64,000 nt of DNA from an archaeon (lineage in GTDB: Archaea > Asgardarchaeota > Thorarchaeia > Thorarchaeales > Thorarchaeaceae), in assembly GCA_024276825.1 (NCBI GenBank), contig JAJRWI010000053.1:7022-71021 (forward strand). Direction: 5' to 3'. Under the pieces are notes generated by a model, which worked only from the letters and a program-made list of their open reading frames with translations, was not told where the DNA came from and searched no databases. Shown piece by piece: positions 27,542-37,852 of this stretch (position 1 is the first letter of the stretch; every line of letters begins with the position of its first letter). A program made the position numbers and the translations under genes.

Positions 27542-28953
27542 TAGTCATTGCCCTCCTTGATTATAGCTGAAACAGTGTTAACCATTTTTTCTATTGCCTT
27601 CACAGAGTGAATCTCAGTGACGCCGAATAATAAGGACTCACCAAGACCTGGAAACTCGCTCTTGAGCGAATGACCACCATGAATTCCATGCTTCAGTAAT
27701 TGTTCATTAATCGAGTCTGCAGAGATATTGGTTTCAAACTGAACGGCAAAGTCTTTCCAGATTGTTTTGCCTATTGCAGGGGCTCTTACATTATCGATCT
27801 CATTCAATAGTTTCGCAGCATGGTTTGATTTGTAAGCAATGACTTCAGCAATCTTCTTTATGCCATTTGATCCCATTAATGCAACATAAATTGCCGCGGT
27901 CACTGCAATAAGCGCCTGATTTGAACAGATATTGCTAGTTGCTTTCTCCCTTCGTATGTGTTGTTCTCGTGGACTGAGTGTTAATACAAACCCGCGTTCA
28001 TACGGTTCATTCTGAGTGCGAGTAAGACCAACCAGTCTACCCGGCAATTGGCGGATCAACTTCATGTCATTCCTGCATCCAAAGACACCAAGAAGGGGAC
28101 CACCATAACTCACCGGAGTTCCAAGAGGCTGACCTTCACCTATGACTATGTCTGCACCATAATCGCCAGGTGGCCTTAAAATGCCTAGAGAGAGAATGTC
28201 TACACCTGCAACTAGTAGTGCATCAGCGTCATGAACAATCTGATTTATCTCATCCACTTGTGTTTCAATGAATCCCAAGTAACTAGGGTTTTCTATATAA
28301 ACGCCTGCAACCGAAGAGTCAATCTTTGACTCGAGGTCACTGATAGAAATTAGACCCGTATCGAAATCGAAATTGACTTGCTCTATCTGTATTCCGGCGG
28401 GTTCACAATAGGTTGTTAGTGTCATTAAGTTTGCAGGACTGATTGTCCTTGGAACCAAGAACTTCTTACGTTTCCTCTTGACTCTGACTGTCATAAGTGC
28501 GGCTTCACCAAGGGCAGTAGCTCTGTCATACATACTGCTGTTTACTACTTCGATTTCAAGTAGTTCTGCCAGTAGGCTCTGATATTCAAAAAGGGTCTGT
28601 AGCATTCCTTGTGAGATTTCTGCCTGATAACTGGTGTAGGCAGTGACAAATTCTGATCTTGAAGAAAGAGCTTGAACCGCAGCAGGAATGTAATGAAGAC
28701 CCAATCCAGCACCAAGAAAGATCTTACCAGAGTCGGCAGGAGTGTTCTTACTGGCCAGTTCACGCAGACGCAGGAACACTTCATGTTCGCTGTGAGACTC
28801 GGGAAGATTCAATTCATGCTTAATCTTGAATTTCTCAGGTATATCACTGAATAGACTGTCAAGCGAGCTCTTATTGATTGATTTGAGCATCTCATATTCT
28901 AATATGTCAGTCATTGGTATGTATGGATGTTTAAAATCCATTAGTATCACCAT
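27541..28953 (-). CDS. gcvPA: glycine dehydrogenase (decarboxylating) subunit 1
   Basis: GcvPA homology. Start/stop overlap with gcvPB. Confidence 0.9.
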   Translation of the reverse strand: MVILMDFKHPYIPMTDILEYEMLKSINKSSLDSLFSDIPEKFKIKHELNLPESHSEHEVFLRLRELASKNTPADSGKIFLGAGLGLHYIPAAVQALSSRSEFVTAYTSYQAEISQGMLQTLFEYQSLLAELLEIEVVNSSMYDRATALGEAALMTVRVKRKRKKFLVPRTISPANLMTLTTYCEPAGIQIEQVNFDFDTGLISISDLESKIDSSVAGVYIENPSYLGFIETQVDEINQIVHDADALLVAGVDILSLGILRPPGDYGADIVIGEGQPLGTPVSYGGPLLGVFGCRNDMKLIRQLPGRLVGLTRTQNEPYERGFVLTLSPREQHIRREKATSNICSNQALIAVTAAIYVALMGSNGIKKIAEVIAYKSNHAAKLLNEIDNVRAPAIGKTIWKDFAVQFETNISADSINEQLLKHGIHGGHSLKSEFPGLGESLLFGVTEIHSVKAIEKMVNTVSAIIKEGND

Positions 28954-29058
28954 ATGTCAAGGGGATTTGTATGTAATGGCGGCACCAAGACTGCATTAAG
29001 CCTTTTTGCATGCACCATGAGGAATCATTTTTAAATTTGCAATTCAAGGAAGAACTGC

Positions 29059-29385
29059 TTGAGGACTGTGAATATGAAACGATGGCTCTTGGAATATCTT
29101 GTCTGTCCAAATGATGGATGCAGAGGAGAGCTCGAGATGGAGATATTTGCATCCCATTATATCGAAACAGATAATGAAAGAGTCGAAGAGATTGATGAGG
29201 CCCTACTAATATGCACAAAATGTGGACGTTGGTATCCGGTCATCGATAGAATCACGTGTATATTGCCTGATGAGAAACGTTTGGATCCGAGTCAACTCAC
29301 AAAGGAAAAGGCTTTTCTTGAAAAGTGGCGCGAACGGGTACCAAGAAAAATACTCCACGAAGGGAAACCCTTTGGACTAGAATAG
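29059..29385 (+). CDS. Trm112-like (UPF0434) zinc-ribbon protein; start may be ATG 29074
   Basis: LLEYLVCP...C and LICTKCGRWYPVIDRI (Trm112 pattern). Confidence 0.6.
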   Translation: MRTVNMKRWLLEYLVCPNDGCRGELEMEIFASHYIETDNERVEEIDEALLICTKCGRWYPVIDRITCILPDEKRLDPSQLTKEKAFLEKWRERVPRKILHEGKPFGLE

Positions 29386-29459
29386 CCCCGTGGTGTAGCG
29401 GTCCAGCATAGCGGGTTTTGGCCCCGCTGACGCAGGTTCGAGTCCTGCCGGGGCTACCA
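29384..29459 (+). tRNA. tRNA-Gln (anticodon TTG), CCA encoded
   Basis: Acceptor AGCCCCG/CGGGGCT, anticodon stem GCGGG/CCCGC with loop TTTTGGC, T-arm GCAGG-TTCGAGT-CCTGC. Confidence 0.85.
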
Positions 29460-29484
29460 ATGTCTAATAGGTTCTGATTTTGAG

Positions 29485-30381
29485 TCACTTTTCCTCATTA
29501 CTCATCATACTGAATGGGAAGTCTTCTTTGGATATTATATCAAGATGTAGTCGTCGGATATGTGAGAGTTGGAGGTAATCACCGTTCACATAGACATCAA
29601 CCATTGTGTAGTTTCGAAGGCCTGAAGTGGAGAGTTTCTTCATTAGTACTGCTTCAACCTGGAACACACCTGCGGGATTGTCCATAGAAACCGTGATGCG
29701 CAGAGCTTTTTCATTACCACGACTCAGAGTCACATTGTTGATTGCCATGGCACTTATCGAGTGAATATCCACTTTCCCCTGACTGAAAGGTACTGTAGTC
29801 CTGCCTTTAGTCATATCGCAGCCATCGCCAATTTTGACACAACCTGCTTCCAAGGTCAGGCATTGAGTATCATCATCATGGGCATATATCCCATGCAAAA
29901 TTGATGAGAGAATATCAGTTGCGACACCCATATCAGAATACAATTGGGTGATCTTTTTCTCGAGTATTGGGCGGGCAAGCTGCACTGATGATTGGGAGTG
30001 TTCTTTACGATGAATTACCATCCCGATATCATGAAGATATGTGGCTGCCAGAATTGCCATTCGGGTATCATCCTTATCGCCAATAGCCTCGGCCTCGATA
30101 TTTGACTTAAATGTAATGTCTAGTATCTCGTATGCTTTCAATGCATTCCATGCTGCAACCATTGCATGAGTGGGACCATGATCGGTATAGCCCAGTCGTG
30201 AAACCGCCATTCTATTTGCACTGCGAAGATAGGACTGCACGATTGGGGAGTTGTAAAGATAATCAAACATCTCATATGCTTTAGTACCGGGCTCGAGGAT
30301 GTCATATAGACTAATGCGATTCCTGTCTAGTTGTTCTTGCACCATTATAAAAGCCCCCAAAGGGACTGGAATGTGTTGCAA
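29485..30381 (-). CDS. HD-domain metal-dependent phosphohydrolase family protein
   Basis: H (HGPTHAM) ... HD (YLHDIGM) ... D motifs. Confidence 0.55.
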   Translation of the reverse strand: MQHIPVPLGAFIMVQEQLDRNRISLYDILEPGTKAYEMFDYLYNSPIVQSYLRSANRMAVSRLGYTDHGPTHAMVAAWNALKAYEILDITFKSNIEAEAIGDKDDTRMAILAATYLHDIGMVIHRKEHSQSSVQLARPILEKKITQLYSDMGVATDILSSILHGIYAHDDDTQCLTLEAGCVKIGDGCDMTKGRTTVPFSQGKVDIHSISAMAINNVTLSRGNEKALRITVSMDNPAGVFQVEAVLMKKLSTSGLRNYTMVDVYVNGDYLQLSHIRRLHLDIISKEDFPFSMMSNEEK

Positions 30382-30418
30382 ATACTAAGATAAGATTTAC
30401 TAAGTAGAAGCTTTGGGA

Positions 30419-33358
30419 CTATATATCGCCAGCTTCTTCCTGAAGTGATAGTAGAATCTTATCAATCTCAGTTGTTGCACGCTTGATTGTCTTAAGAAAG
30501 TCCTCTCGGGTGCGTTCGAATGCCACACGACTAATCTTCTGCTTTTTCTTCCTGATAAGCAGTTGGCGAAGACCAGCTTTGGCACCTTCGATGCGCTCCT
30601 CCTGAAGCTCAAGATGGGCTATCATATCGCGGTACCGTGATCCATAGCGCATCAATTCGTCCTTAAGAGAGGGTAGCTTTGATTCAATCTCTTGAAGTTG
30701 CCTCTTGATGTCTTTTTCACGAATCATATACTCACGTTTTTTGATCTTGCCCCGTCGGCGAGAGGTGTCAAGTTTCTCGAGGTCCATGTTCAATGCTACC
30801 TTCTTAGAGTAGAGAGTTGCAAACTCTTTCAACAGACTTGGAGGGGCAGACACTCTCTTTGCAGGAGTTGAAGCATCACTAACTGGAGTTGTTATTGTAG
30901 CTTCTTCAATCTCGACCTTTCGAATTGAAACGTAAGCAGCGGCTATCAGACCGATAATCACTGCAAACGCCATGGGTCGTGCAACAATTCCAGATGCGAG
31001 TGAGTATGTCAGTAATATTTCAGCAGGGTTCATCGAAGTAGTGTTATAGACAATGTATTGGAAAGTGTTGTCAAACACACCATAGAGTAAACGATAGTTG
31101 TCAGATATCTGATTCACACTGACAGAGATTGGTACGACGATGTCAATGGTGTGTTTCTGAACGAGAAGGTTGTCCATAGTACTTTGTGGAAACTTAATTG
31201 TATTGCCAGTCTGATAATGGTCTATCTGTAAGTCGAATTCAATAAAGAATGTGTATTTGTAATGAGGGTATAGTCCATCATCACCAAAACGGTCCGACTT
31301 TAGATTTATGATGAGATTTGCGGTTTCATTGAAGAGTCGTTCCGATGATGGCATTGAACGTGCGAGTATTCCAACCTGATCGTAAACAACAATGTTAGTT
31401 GTGTACGCGGGGATGTCATACTTCATTGTGAGTTCTTTTGCTGGGCCTATATTGTTCAGTGAAACTTCTTCATAATAGTGAATCCAGCCCCAAGGGTCAA
31501 TAGTAATTCTTGTGAGCTTGTTTGCAACAATCAAGGGCGTGAAAGACTCCATTGTTGTGGAGAACTCTTCCACTGTCATTGGTGCAACATTTTCTTTCTG
31601 TACTTCTGGAAGGGATCCTGTCATCCTGTCGCCGCTTCTGAATTCCATTCCAAAACTGAATGAGTGGATAGTGTATGGAAGAACTGGATACTTCAGAAAA
31701 CGGATCTCGTACCCCTCGTTTTCAAAATCAATCAGTTGATGTAATGAGTGCATGTAGAAATGGGTAGTGAATGAGTATCTTGCTTGAAATCCTACAGGCT
31801 CTGCGAAATAAACCCGCCAATGCATGAAGTCATTGTAGTCTGGAAGTCTTTCAATTTGCAGTTCAACATCATCGTCATCAATCGCCGTAAGCGATAAGAA
31901 ATACGATGACCATTTCATTGGCAGAAATACATCAATTGCATTAATTGGAACAGACCCATTATTACGGATTGTGAACATATCACGGACATCAGTAGAGTGA
32001 TAGGTCTGCGTATGTATCTCGCGCTTAATCGTCAGCTTCATCCCATTTAATGGTTGGAACGGGTAATCTATGGTCACATTCACAAAAGTGACAGAGGTGC
32101 GATTGGAGGGGTCTGTTGCATTGAACCAAATTGTATGAGGGCCGGTTTCATAACTTGAAAGGTCTAAGCTCTCTACCCACAGATCACTCTTGAAATCATA
32201 AAATATTTCTGTCCAGTCCTCATCATCGAACTTGTACCATACCCTTCTCACTAATGTGTTATCAGTAGCATTGAGTTTCAATGTGGTGACAATGCCAATG
32301 GTTGAGTCTTGTTCAGGACTTTCAACAATTAGTGTTGGGGGTGCATTGGGGACAAGTTGCATCATAAGGGGAGTCGACCAGGGAGTGTGATGAACAGGCA
32401 GTTCATTGAATGCATCATTTTGGCCGAATAGTAGAATCATTGGATACTGGAGAGTTGTCGAGTTTGTGAGAGCAATGTCTTGAAGGTCTGTGCTGTTCAG
32501 TCTGATAATATATTCAATTTGGGTTGTAAGACCGTCATCAGTTGCATTTGCCTCCACCACGCGAGTCTGATTGGTATCGTCAATGTAAGTGAATGTACCT
32601 GTTCCAAAGCCTTCGCGGTATTCAATTCTGCTTGCATCTGCAGGGTTGTCATGATTGCCGTTAATTCGGAGTAGCGTAATCTCATATTCAAGATCATAGC
32701 CATAGAAGGGATGGTCCTTGGAGTTGTAAGCATATTCAGCGGGGATTATAAAATGACGGACTTCTCCTACTCGCATTCCAATTATTGCCTCTTTGAACTT
32801 CTCGAGAAGCTTCTCGTCATTGAGAGGGGTGGTTGATGTGATGTCAGGGATGTTTCCCTCTTCAATAACTGTTCCATTTCTGAGAGAGAGAACATAGTGC
32901 ACTGTGACTGCCTCTTCTCCCGTGACCCTTTCGATTGTGGTGTGTGGAGTGCCAGGAGCAAATCCATAGATGATATCACTCTGGTTTAAACCCGAGTCAG
33001 TAAAAACACCTGTCGAGTTCTTCCAGCTGAGAGCAATCCATCCTGACGTGGGTGCTGACAGGCCCACGTACAACATTGTTGAATTATGTTCCATATACAC
33101 GGTGATACCAGTGATTGGGTCTGTATAATTATAGGCATATTCCCAAGGGTCGATTATACCATCAGCAAAGCCATAATGCTTGTCTACGTATGGAATGGAT
33201 AGATTCAAGGATGACTCAGACAAAGACTGTATAGGCTTTGCAGCATCAGGTGTGGTTTGTGCATTAAACGTTGTTTCGGGGGTTGTCACCATCACACCAC
33301 TAACCAAGAGTAGTGTCAGTAATGTGAGGGTTGTCATTCGTCTCTGTAACAGACTCAA
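30419..33358 (-). CDS. large secreted/surface protein (979 aa): signal peptide, FKBP-like domain, many N-x-S/T sequons, C-terminal TM anchor and basic coiled-coil cytoplasmic tail
   Basis: N-terminal hydrophobic signal. FKBP-like segment VTVHYVLSLRNGTVIEEG...GMRVGEVRHFIIPAEYAY. TM PMAFAVIIGLIAAAYVSI near residue 800. Confidence 0.5.
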   Translation of the reverse strand: MSLLQRRMTTLTLLTLLLVSGVMVTTPETTFNAQTTPDAAKPIQSLSESSLNLSIPYVDKHYGFADGIIDPWEYAYNYTDPITGITVYMEHNSTMLYVGLSAPTSGWIALSWKNSTGVFTDSGLNQSDIIYGFAPGTPHTTIERVTGEEAVTVHYVLSLRNGTVIEEGNIPDITSTTPLNDEKLLEKFKEAIIGMRVGEVRHFIIPAEYAYNSKDHPFYGYDLEYEITLLRINGNHDNPADASRIEYREGFGTGTFTYIDDTNQTRVVEANATDDGLTTQIEYIIRLNSTDLQDIALTNSTTLQYPMILLFGQNDAFNELPVHHTPWSTPLMMQLVPNAPPTLIVESPEQDSTIGIVTTLKLNATDNTLVRRVWYKFDDEDWTEIFYDFKSDLWVESLDLSSYETGPHTIWFNATDPSNRTSVTFVNVTIDYPFQPLNGMKLTIKREIHTQTYHSTDVRDMFTIRNNGSVPINAIDVFLPMKWSSYFLSLTAIDDDDVELQIERLPDYNDFMHWRVYFAEPVGFQARYSFTTHFYMHSLHQLIDFENEGYEIRFLKYPVLPYTIHSFSFGMEFRSGDRMTGSLPEVQKENVAPMTVEEFSTTMESFTPLIVANKLTRITIDPWGWIHYYEEVSLNNIGPAKELTMKYDIPAYTTNIVVYDQVGILARSMPSSERLFNETANLIINLKSDRFGDDGLYPHYKYTFFIEFDLQIDHYQTGNTIKFPQSTMDNLLVQKHTIDIVVPISVSVNQISDNYRLLYGVFDNTFQYIVYNTTSMNPAEILLTYSLASGIVARPMAFAVIIGLIAAAYVSIRKVEIEEATITTPVSDASTPAKRVSAPPSLLKEFATLYSKKVALNMDLEKLDTSRRRGKIKKREYMIREKDIKRQLQEIESKLPSLKDELMRYGSRYRDMIAHLELQEERIEGAKAGLRQLLIRKKKQKISRVAFERTREDFLKTIKRATTEIDKILLSLQEEAGDI

Positions 33359-33551
33359 TATGAATCACCAGTGCTCTACGGATTTCGCGTCAACTATGGA
33401 ACTGTGTGCTCCGCGAACGTTCCGCTTCAACATCTAGACTGTTAAAATAGTTTCTGTCGTACAACGCACGCACCAACATGTAGAAAACGAGATTTGTCCA
33501 TCGAAAAGTGTAAAATGGAGTGAAAATGCATACAGGTCAGGTGAGTATACA

Positions 33552-34571
33552 TTGATCCAGATCATTCTTGCCCTCATAATCTCTTTCATTGCGGTGTTTT
33601 CTATATTGCCCGCAGCAATCAGAATGCTTAAGGCCAGAGGAATTTGTGGGGTCGATGTCCATAAGCCCAACAAGCCCTCAATTCCAAAGGGAGGAGGGTT
33701 TGTCCTACTGTTCGCAATAGTCACAACTCTTCTGGTAATAATTGGAGCGACCACATTCATTGAACATGGACAGGTGAATATTGGGCTGCTTGCATCTCTG
33801 GTTTCAATCTTGATGGCAGGAATGATTGGGCTGCTTGATGACAATCTTGACTTTAGTAATCGAATAAAGATCATAATGCCCATGCTCGCATCAATTCCAA
33901 TGATGGCACTGAATGTGGGAACCACAACAATGTCAATACCATTAATTGGGACTTTTGACTTGGGAATCATTTATCCCTTGATAGTCATCCCATTGATGAT
34001 GACATTCATCATTGACTCTACAAACATGTACGGGGGAATGAACGGACTAGAAGCGGGTTTGGTGTGCATAAACTCATCTGCGATCATCATCTATCTGGTG
34101 GCTAAGCCCCTTCTGAATATAGACACAATTGCTCAAAATGAGATGGATGCTGCGATAGTGGCTGCTGCCCTACTTGGTGCTTCACTTGCATTTTTGTGGT
34201 TCAACAAGTATCCAGCCAAGGTCTTGCCAGGTGATGTAGGAAGACTACCGATGGGGGCCACCATAGCAGCATCGCTCATTCTTGGAAACATGGACCGCAT
34301 GGCAATTATCATGTACATACCCTTCTTGATTAACTTCATCATGTATTTGCTATACAGAATTTATGTCAAGAAGAAAGGCATCGAGTATGTCAAATTCGCC
34401 ACTCCGAGGGATGATGGTACATTGGAAGTTGTCGGACCATTCACCATGTATTGGCTATTCCCATATCTCTCAAAGAAGATTACCGAGAAAAAGAACGTGA
34501 TTATTCTGATACTGATTCAGGCGATTATTGCCTATACTGCGGTTGCATATCTTCTACTGTTCATGAAGTGA
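33552..34571 (+). CDS. UDP-HexNAc:dolichyl-phosphate HexNAc-1-phosphate transferase (GT4/MraY/WecA family, AglH-like)
   Basis: Polytopic with VDVHKPNKPSIPKGGG and LLDDNLD motifs typical of GPT/MraY. Confidence 0.7.
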   Translation: MIQIILALIISFIAVFSILPAAIRMLKARGICGVDVHKPNKPSIPKGGGFVLLFAIVTTLLVIIGATTFIEHGQVNIGLLASLVSILMAGMIGLLDDNLDFSNRIKIIMPMLASIPMMALNVGTTTMSIPLIGTFDLGIIYPLIVIPLMMTFIIDSTNMYGGMNGLEAGLVCINSSAIIIYLVAKPLLNIDTIAQNEMDAAIVAAALLGASLAFLWFNKYPAKVLPGDVGRLPMGATIAASLILGNMDRMAIIMYIPFLINFIMYLLYRIYVKKKGIEYVKFATPRDDGTLEVVGPFTMYWLFPYLSKKITEKKNVIILILIQAIIAYTAVAYLLLFMK

Positions 34572-34572
34572 T

Positions 34573-35622
34573 TCAGGGCAGTTTGTCAGCAAGGTATGTG
34601 TCCACAACATAGTCAATTCCGTATCTACTAAATGCCTGTTGTTCAGCCTTCATTCGAATGTCCTTGAATGCATTAATATGATGTAACCATTCAGAACTAT
34701 TGTAGCGGACATCATTTTTTAGCTCGTCAAGACGTTTGAGGTCTGCATTTGTCATTGGTTCTGAAGGTAGTGAGTATGAAACAATATCGTCAGCAGTGAC
34801 TCCCATCCATTTGGCAGTTGGAACCGTCAGCTCGCGTATATGTGCAGAGTTTGCGCTGCCTGACATGATTACTCGTGCAATATGCATTCCCCAGGGGTCA
34901 CCATCAGTAAAGATGTACACTGGAAGGTCCAGAGTCTTGTGAAGTCTTCGTATCAACCTACGAGTCGCACGCGGTGGTTGGCCGCCCAATTGAACTAGGA
35001 CCGCATTGAATCGTTCCCATGCACGAGTTTCTATTAGTCTGGAGAACATGCCACCAGATTCAACTGCTAGGATTAACTCGGCCTTACAGTCAAGTGGTTC
35101 TGCAGTCATTAAGGCGGGACCAATAGGAAGACCGTCAGGGCTGATTGTCAGGTCCACAGTCTTCCCCTCATAGCCCTTTACTGTGTACTGCATTGTCACA
35201 CGACCAAATATGGAGGATCGTTCCTCAGGAAAAATCCCGAACTCCTCTCTTGGAAGTCCCGTCAGACACTCGAGGTCTCCCACAATGCGGTCAGACTCGG
35301 CTTGATCTGCAAACTCAATGTCAAATGCCTCACTGGAGTAGTAGAGATCTCGTAGTGAACTGGTACGATTGTTCTTGAGAAGTTCTTTTGCAAATGATGC
35401 CACCCAGACCAATTGAGCAAAACTCTTGACATGGCGAATGTTACTTGAGTCGCGCCTTACGCTTGTCGGTCCTATGACATACTCCTGCTCGTCAGTATCG
35501 AAGATTATGTTGCCAGTTCGTCTGTCTGGAATGTCGAATACGGGAAACCTGCCAGCCATTATTGATTCTACTATGTCTTGACCAATACGGGTTAATGCAT
35601 CAATTGATGTTCCTTTGGACAT
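34573..35622 (-). CDS. top6A: DNA topoisomerase VI subunit A (Spo11-like)
   Basis: Catalytic LRDLYY, Toprim VESGGMF and DGDPWG. Confidence 0.9.
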   Translation of the reverse strand: MSKGTSIDALTRIGQDIVESIMAGRFPVFDIPDRRTGNIIFDTDEQEYVIGPTSVRRDSSNIRHVKSFAQLVWVASFAKELLKNNRTSSLRDLYYSSEAFDIEFADQAESDRIVGDLECLTGLPREEFGIFPEERSSIFGRVTMQYTVKGYEGKTVDLTISPDGLPIGPALMTAEPLDCKAELILAVESGGMFSRLIETRAWERFNAVLVQLGGQPPRATRRLIRRLHKTLDLPVYIFTDGDPWGMHIARVIMSGSANSAHIRELTVPTAKWMGVTADDIVSYSLPSEPMTNADLKRLDELKNDVRYNSSEWLHHINAFKDIRMKAEQQAFSRYGIDYVVDTYLADKLP

Positions 35623-35623
35623 A

Positions 35624-37129
35624 TCATTTCACCTCAAAGAGAGACTCTACAAGCTTGGATGTGTCAGGAGTAGTCTCAACACTTGCTAAAAGGGCACCAT
35701 ATCTTGCTATTAATCTGAAGTATTTTGAGAACTCTCGCATCTTCCTCGCATTACGCTTTGACCGCCTTATGCTAGATGATTCTCTTTTTATCGCTCTTCC
35801 GAGGGTCTTGAAGAGAAGCTCTGCCTCTGACTGAATTGCAGGGATTGCTGCGATTGACTGTTTACCGGCTTCCCTGTAGGGAATTCTTGTAGAACACAGG
35901 TTTACAAACAGTAGCACTTGAGAGTTAGTATCCACACCATATCTATTCCAGTTGATCCGTTTCATTGCCAATGTGAGAACATCATCACTGGCATCATAAA
36001 GCAAAGGCACCTTGTTTGCAAAGCGGATTAGAGAGGGGTTTTCAGCAGGGGTCGAGTCTGTTATTACTACCGCGCCTTCAAGAATTGTAGGATGCCCATT
36101 CCACTCAAATGGACCCCGGATTTCATACTTGATGGATGCAGAGGGATATAGTCTGTTCAGAGCCTCCATAAGAGAGTCTTTGCCAATTGGACTTAAACAC
36201 TGGCTCTCGGGTTTGTCAAAACCATTATAATTACGGAGGGCGTTACTGATTCGAACTATCTCATCACGAGTCAGTGATTCAGTCGTGCGATTGGGATTAA
36301 GTGAGAGAAAATGCAGAAAGCGTGTCGCTGTTTTTGTGCCACACTTTTGAAATGTGTCCACGAGAAATGCTTTGAGAGTCATTGAGTTGTTGTTAGAGAT
36401 CAAATGATGCAATAACTCGATATCGGCTGATCGGGGATGGGGTCTAGATATTCTGGGAGGAGTTGGAATCATTTTCGAATATCTACCAAACTGGATTGGT
36501 GGATTGTCATCTATTAGGAGGGTTATTTGAGCATGAGGAGTGGACACCGATGTAAGACGAAGATATTCTGTAATCCTTAGTTTGGACCGCTTGAGGTCCC
36601 CACGTATCTTTAGGGTGACTTTGGTCCCAATTGAGTGCGATGAATTGGGACCGCTATACTCTATTATAGGAGTGTTGTTCTTTATGTCTACAAGAAGTCT
36701 GAATTCATTGGCTTCACCTTGACCATGTTTTGTGATAATTGTTGCTGGGTAATTAGTGGTCAATTGGCCATAAAGAACCGCCATTGTCACTCCAAGACCA
36801 AAGGTGCCTCGTTTGTGGCGAAGTCCATACTTGCTACCGAATAGTACTTTCCCAAATGCTTCTGGAACAAACTGGTATGGCATTCCAGGGCCATTGTCTG
36901 ACACCTCAATTAGCAAGAGGTCGGATGACTCCCTACGAATAATGACATTGATTTCGGGCAGGATTTTGGCATCTTCACAGGCATCAAGACTGTTTTCAAC
37001 AAGTTCTCTGATTGTGGAGTACACTGCCTGAGTAGGATTTCCAAATCCCACCATTTGTCTGTTTCTGTAAAAGAACTCGGCTACTGAGATGCTAGTGAAT
37101 TCAGTGCCCACTAATGAAGCTTCGGTCAT
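35624..37129 (-). CDS. top6B: DNA topoisomerase VI subunit B (GHKL ATPase)
   Basis: Bergerat fold ELVENSLDA, DNGPGM, GLGV. Confidence 0.9.
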   Translation of the reverse strand: MTEASLVGTEFTSISVAEFFYRNRQMVGFGNPTQAVYSTIRELVENSLDACEDAKILPEINVIIRRESSDLLLIEVSDNGPGMPYQFVPEAFGKVLFGSKYGLRHKRGTFGLGVTMAVLYGQLTTNYPATIITKHGQGEANEFRLLVDIKNNTPIIEYSGPNSSHSIGTKVTLKIRGDLKRSKLRITEYLRLTSVSTPHAQITLLIDDNPPIQFGRYSKMIPTPPRISRPHPRSADIELLHHLISNNNSMTLKAFLVDTFQKCGTKTATRFLHFLSLNPNRTTESLTRDEIVRISNALRNYNGFDKPESQCLSPIGKDSLMEALNRLYPSASIKYEIRGPFEWNGHPTILEGAVVITDSTPAENPSLIRFANKVPLLYDASDDVLTLAMKRINWNRYGVDTNSQVLLFVNLCSTRIPYREAGKQSIAAIPAIQSEAELLFKTLGRAIKRESSSIRRSKRNARKMREFSKYFRLIARYGALLASVETTPDTSKLVESLFEVK

Positions 37130-37283
37130 TCTACTCCATCTTCAGAGTAGTGCATATTACGATATTAGAGCGGGTATTACATAAAGTTTGGATAAGATAG
37201 ATTCGCTAAATTTGGTCATAATGATAACAAATGACAATGCCGAGTGTTATTGACCAAGTATAGCAAGTCATTATGCAGTCTTT

Positions 37284-37850
37284 CTAGTAGAAGTCAGATT
37301 CCCAGATCTCAGCCTTTCTTCTGTTCAGTTCGCGACGCATCCGCTCAAGCCACGAGTACACAGTACTGTGGGGGGCACCATTGATCAACATCTGAACAGC
37401 TCGTTGTGCATATTCTAATCCGGGGTCAGTGCCAATTATTGATACTGTTTTCCCATAGACTGAAACAAGAGTTTCTGTAGTCTGCTCAATCACTCTTCGG
37501 GTCCGTCCATTCATTCCGATTATGCGGCCAGCAACCCGTTTCTGTTGATTTGGTGAGTTTCCAACAATCTCTCTGAGCGAGATCACAATAAGGCGGGCAT
37601 CTTCGTCTATTAGTGTCAATGCATTCTTTGGGCTAAAGCCGCGGGCTATTGCCTTGACTATGTCCCGTGCTTTCCATGCAAGGACAGGGTCTTCTGTGTC
37701 TAGGGGGTTTGTTATTGTGACAACTCCGCTGGAGTCTATTGTCAGTATAGTGTTTGTCAGTTTTTCAATCCTTCTCTTGACTCGGCCCTTGTGTCCAACA
37801 ATGACTCCAACTCTTTCTGCTGGAACCCTAATGGTTTCACGATAAAGCAT
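37284..37850 (-). CDS. KH-domain RNA-binding protein (archaeal Dim2/Pno1-like)
   Basis: Two KH modules (VIVGHKGRVKRRIE; GRIIGMNGRTRRVIE). Confidence 0.65.
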   Translation of the reverse strand: MLYRETIRVPAERVGVIVGHKGRVKRRIEKLTNTILTIDSSGVVTITNPLDTEDPVLAWKARDIVKAIARGFSPKNALTLIDEDARLIVISLREIVGNSPNQQKRVAGRIIGMNGRTRRVIEQTTETLVSVYGKTVSIIGTDPGLEYAQRAVQMLINGAPHSTVYSWLERMRRELNRRKAEIWESDFY

Positions 37851-37852
37851 CT

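Noticed and set aside
33434-33970. 178-aa minus-strand ORF overlapping the AglH-like gene
   Set aside because: Fully embedded antisense to a conserved polytopic transferase. Composition typical of antisense of TM-rich genes.
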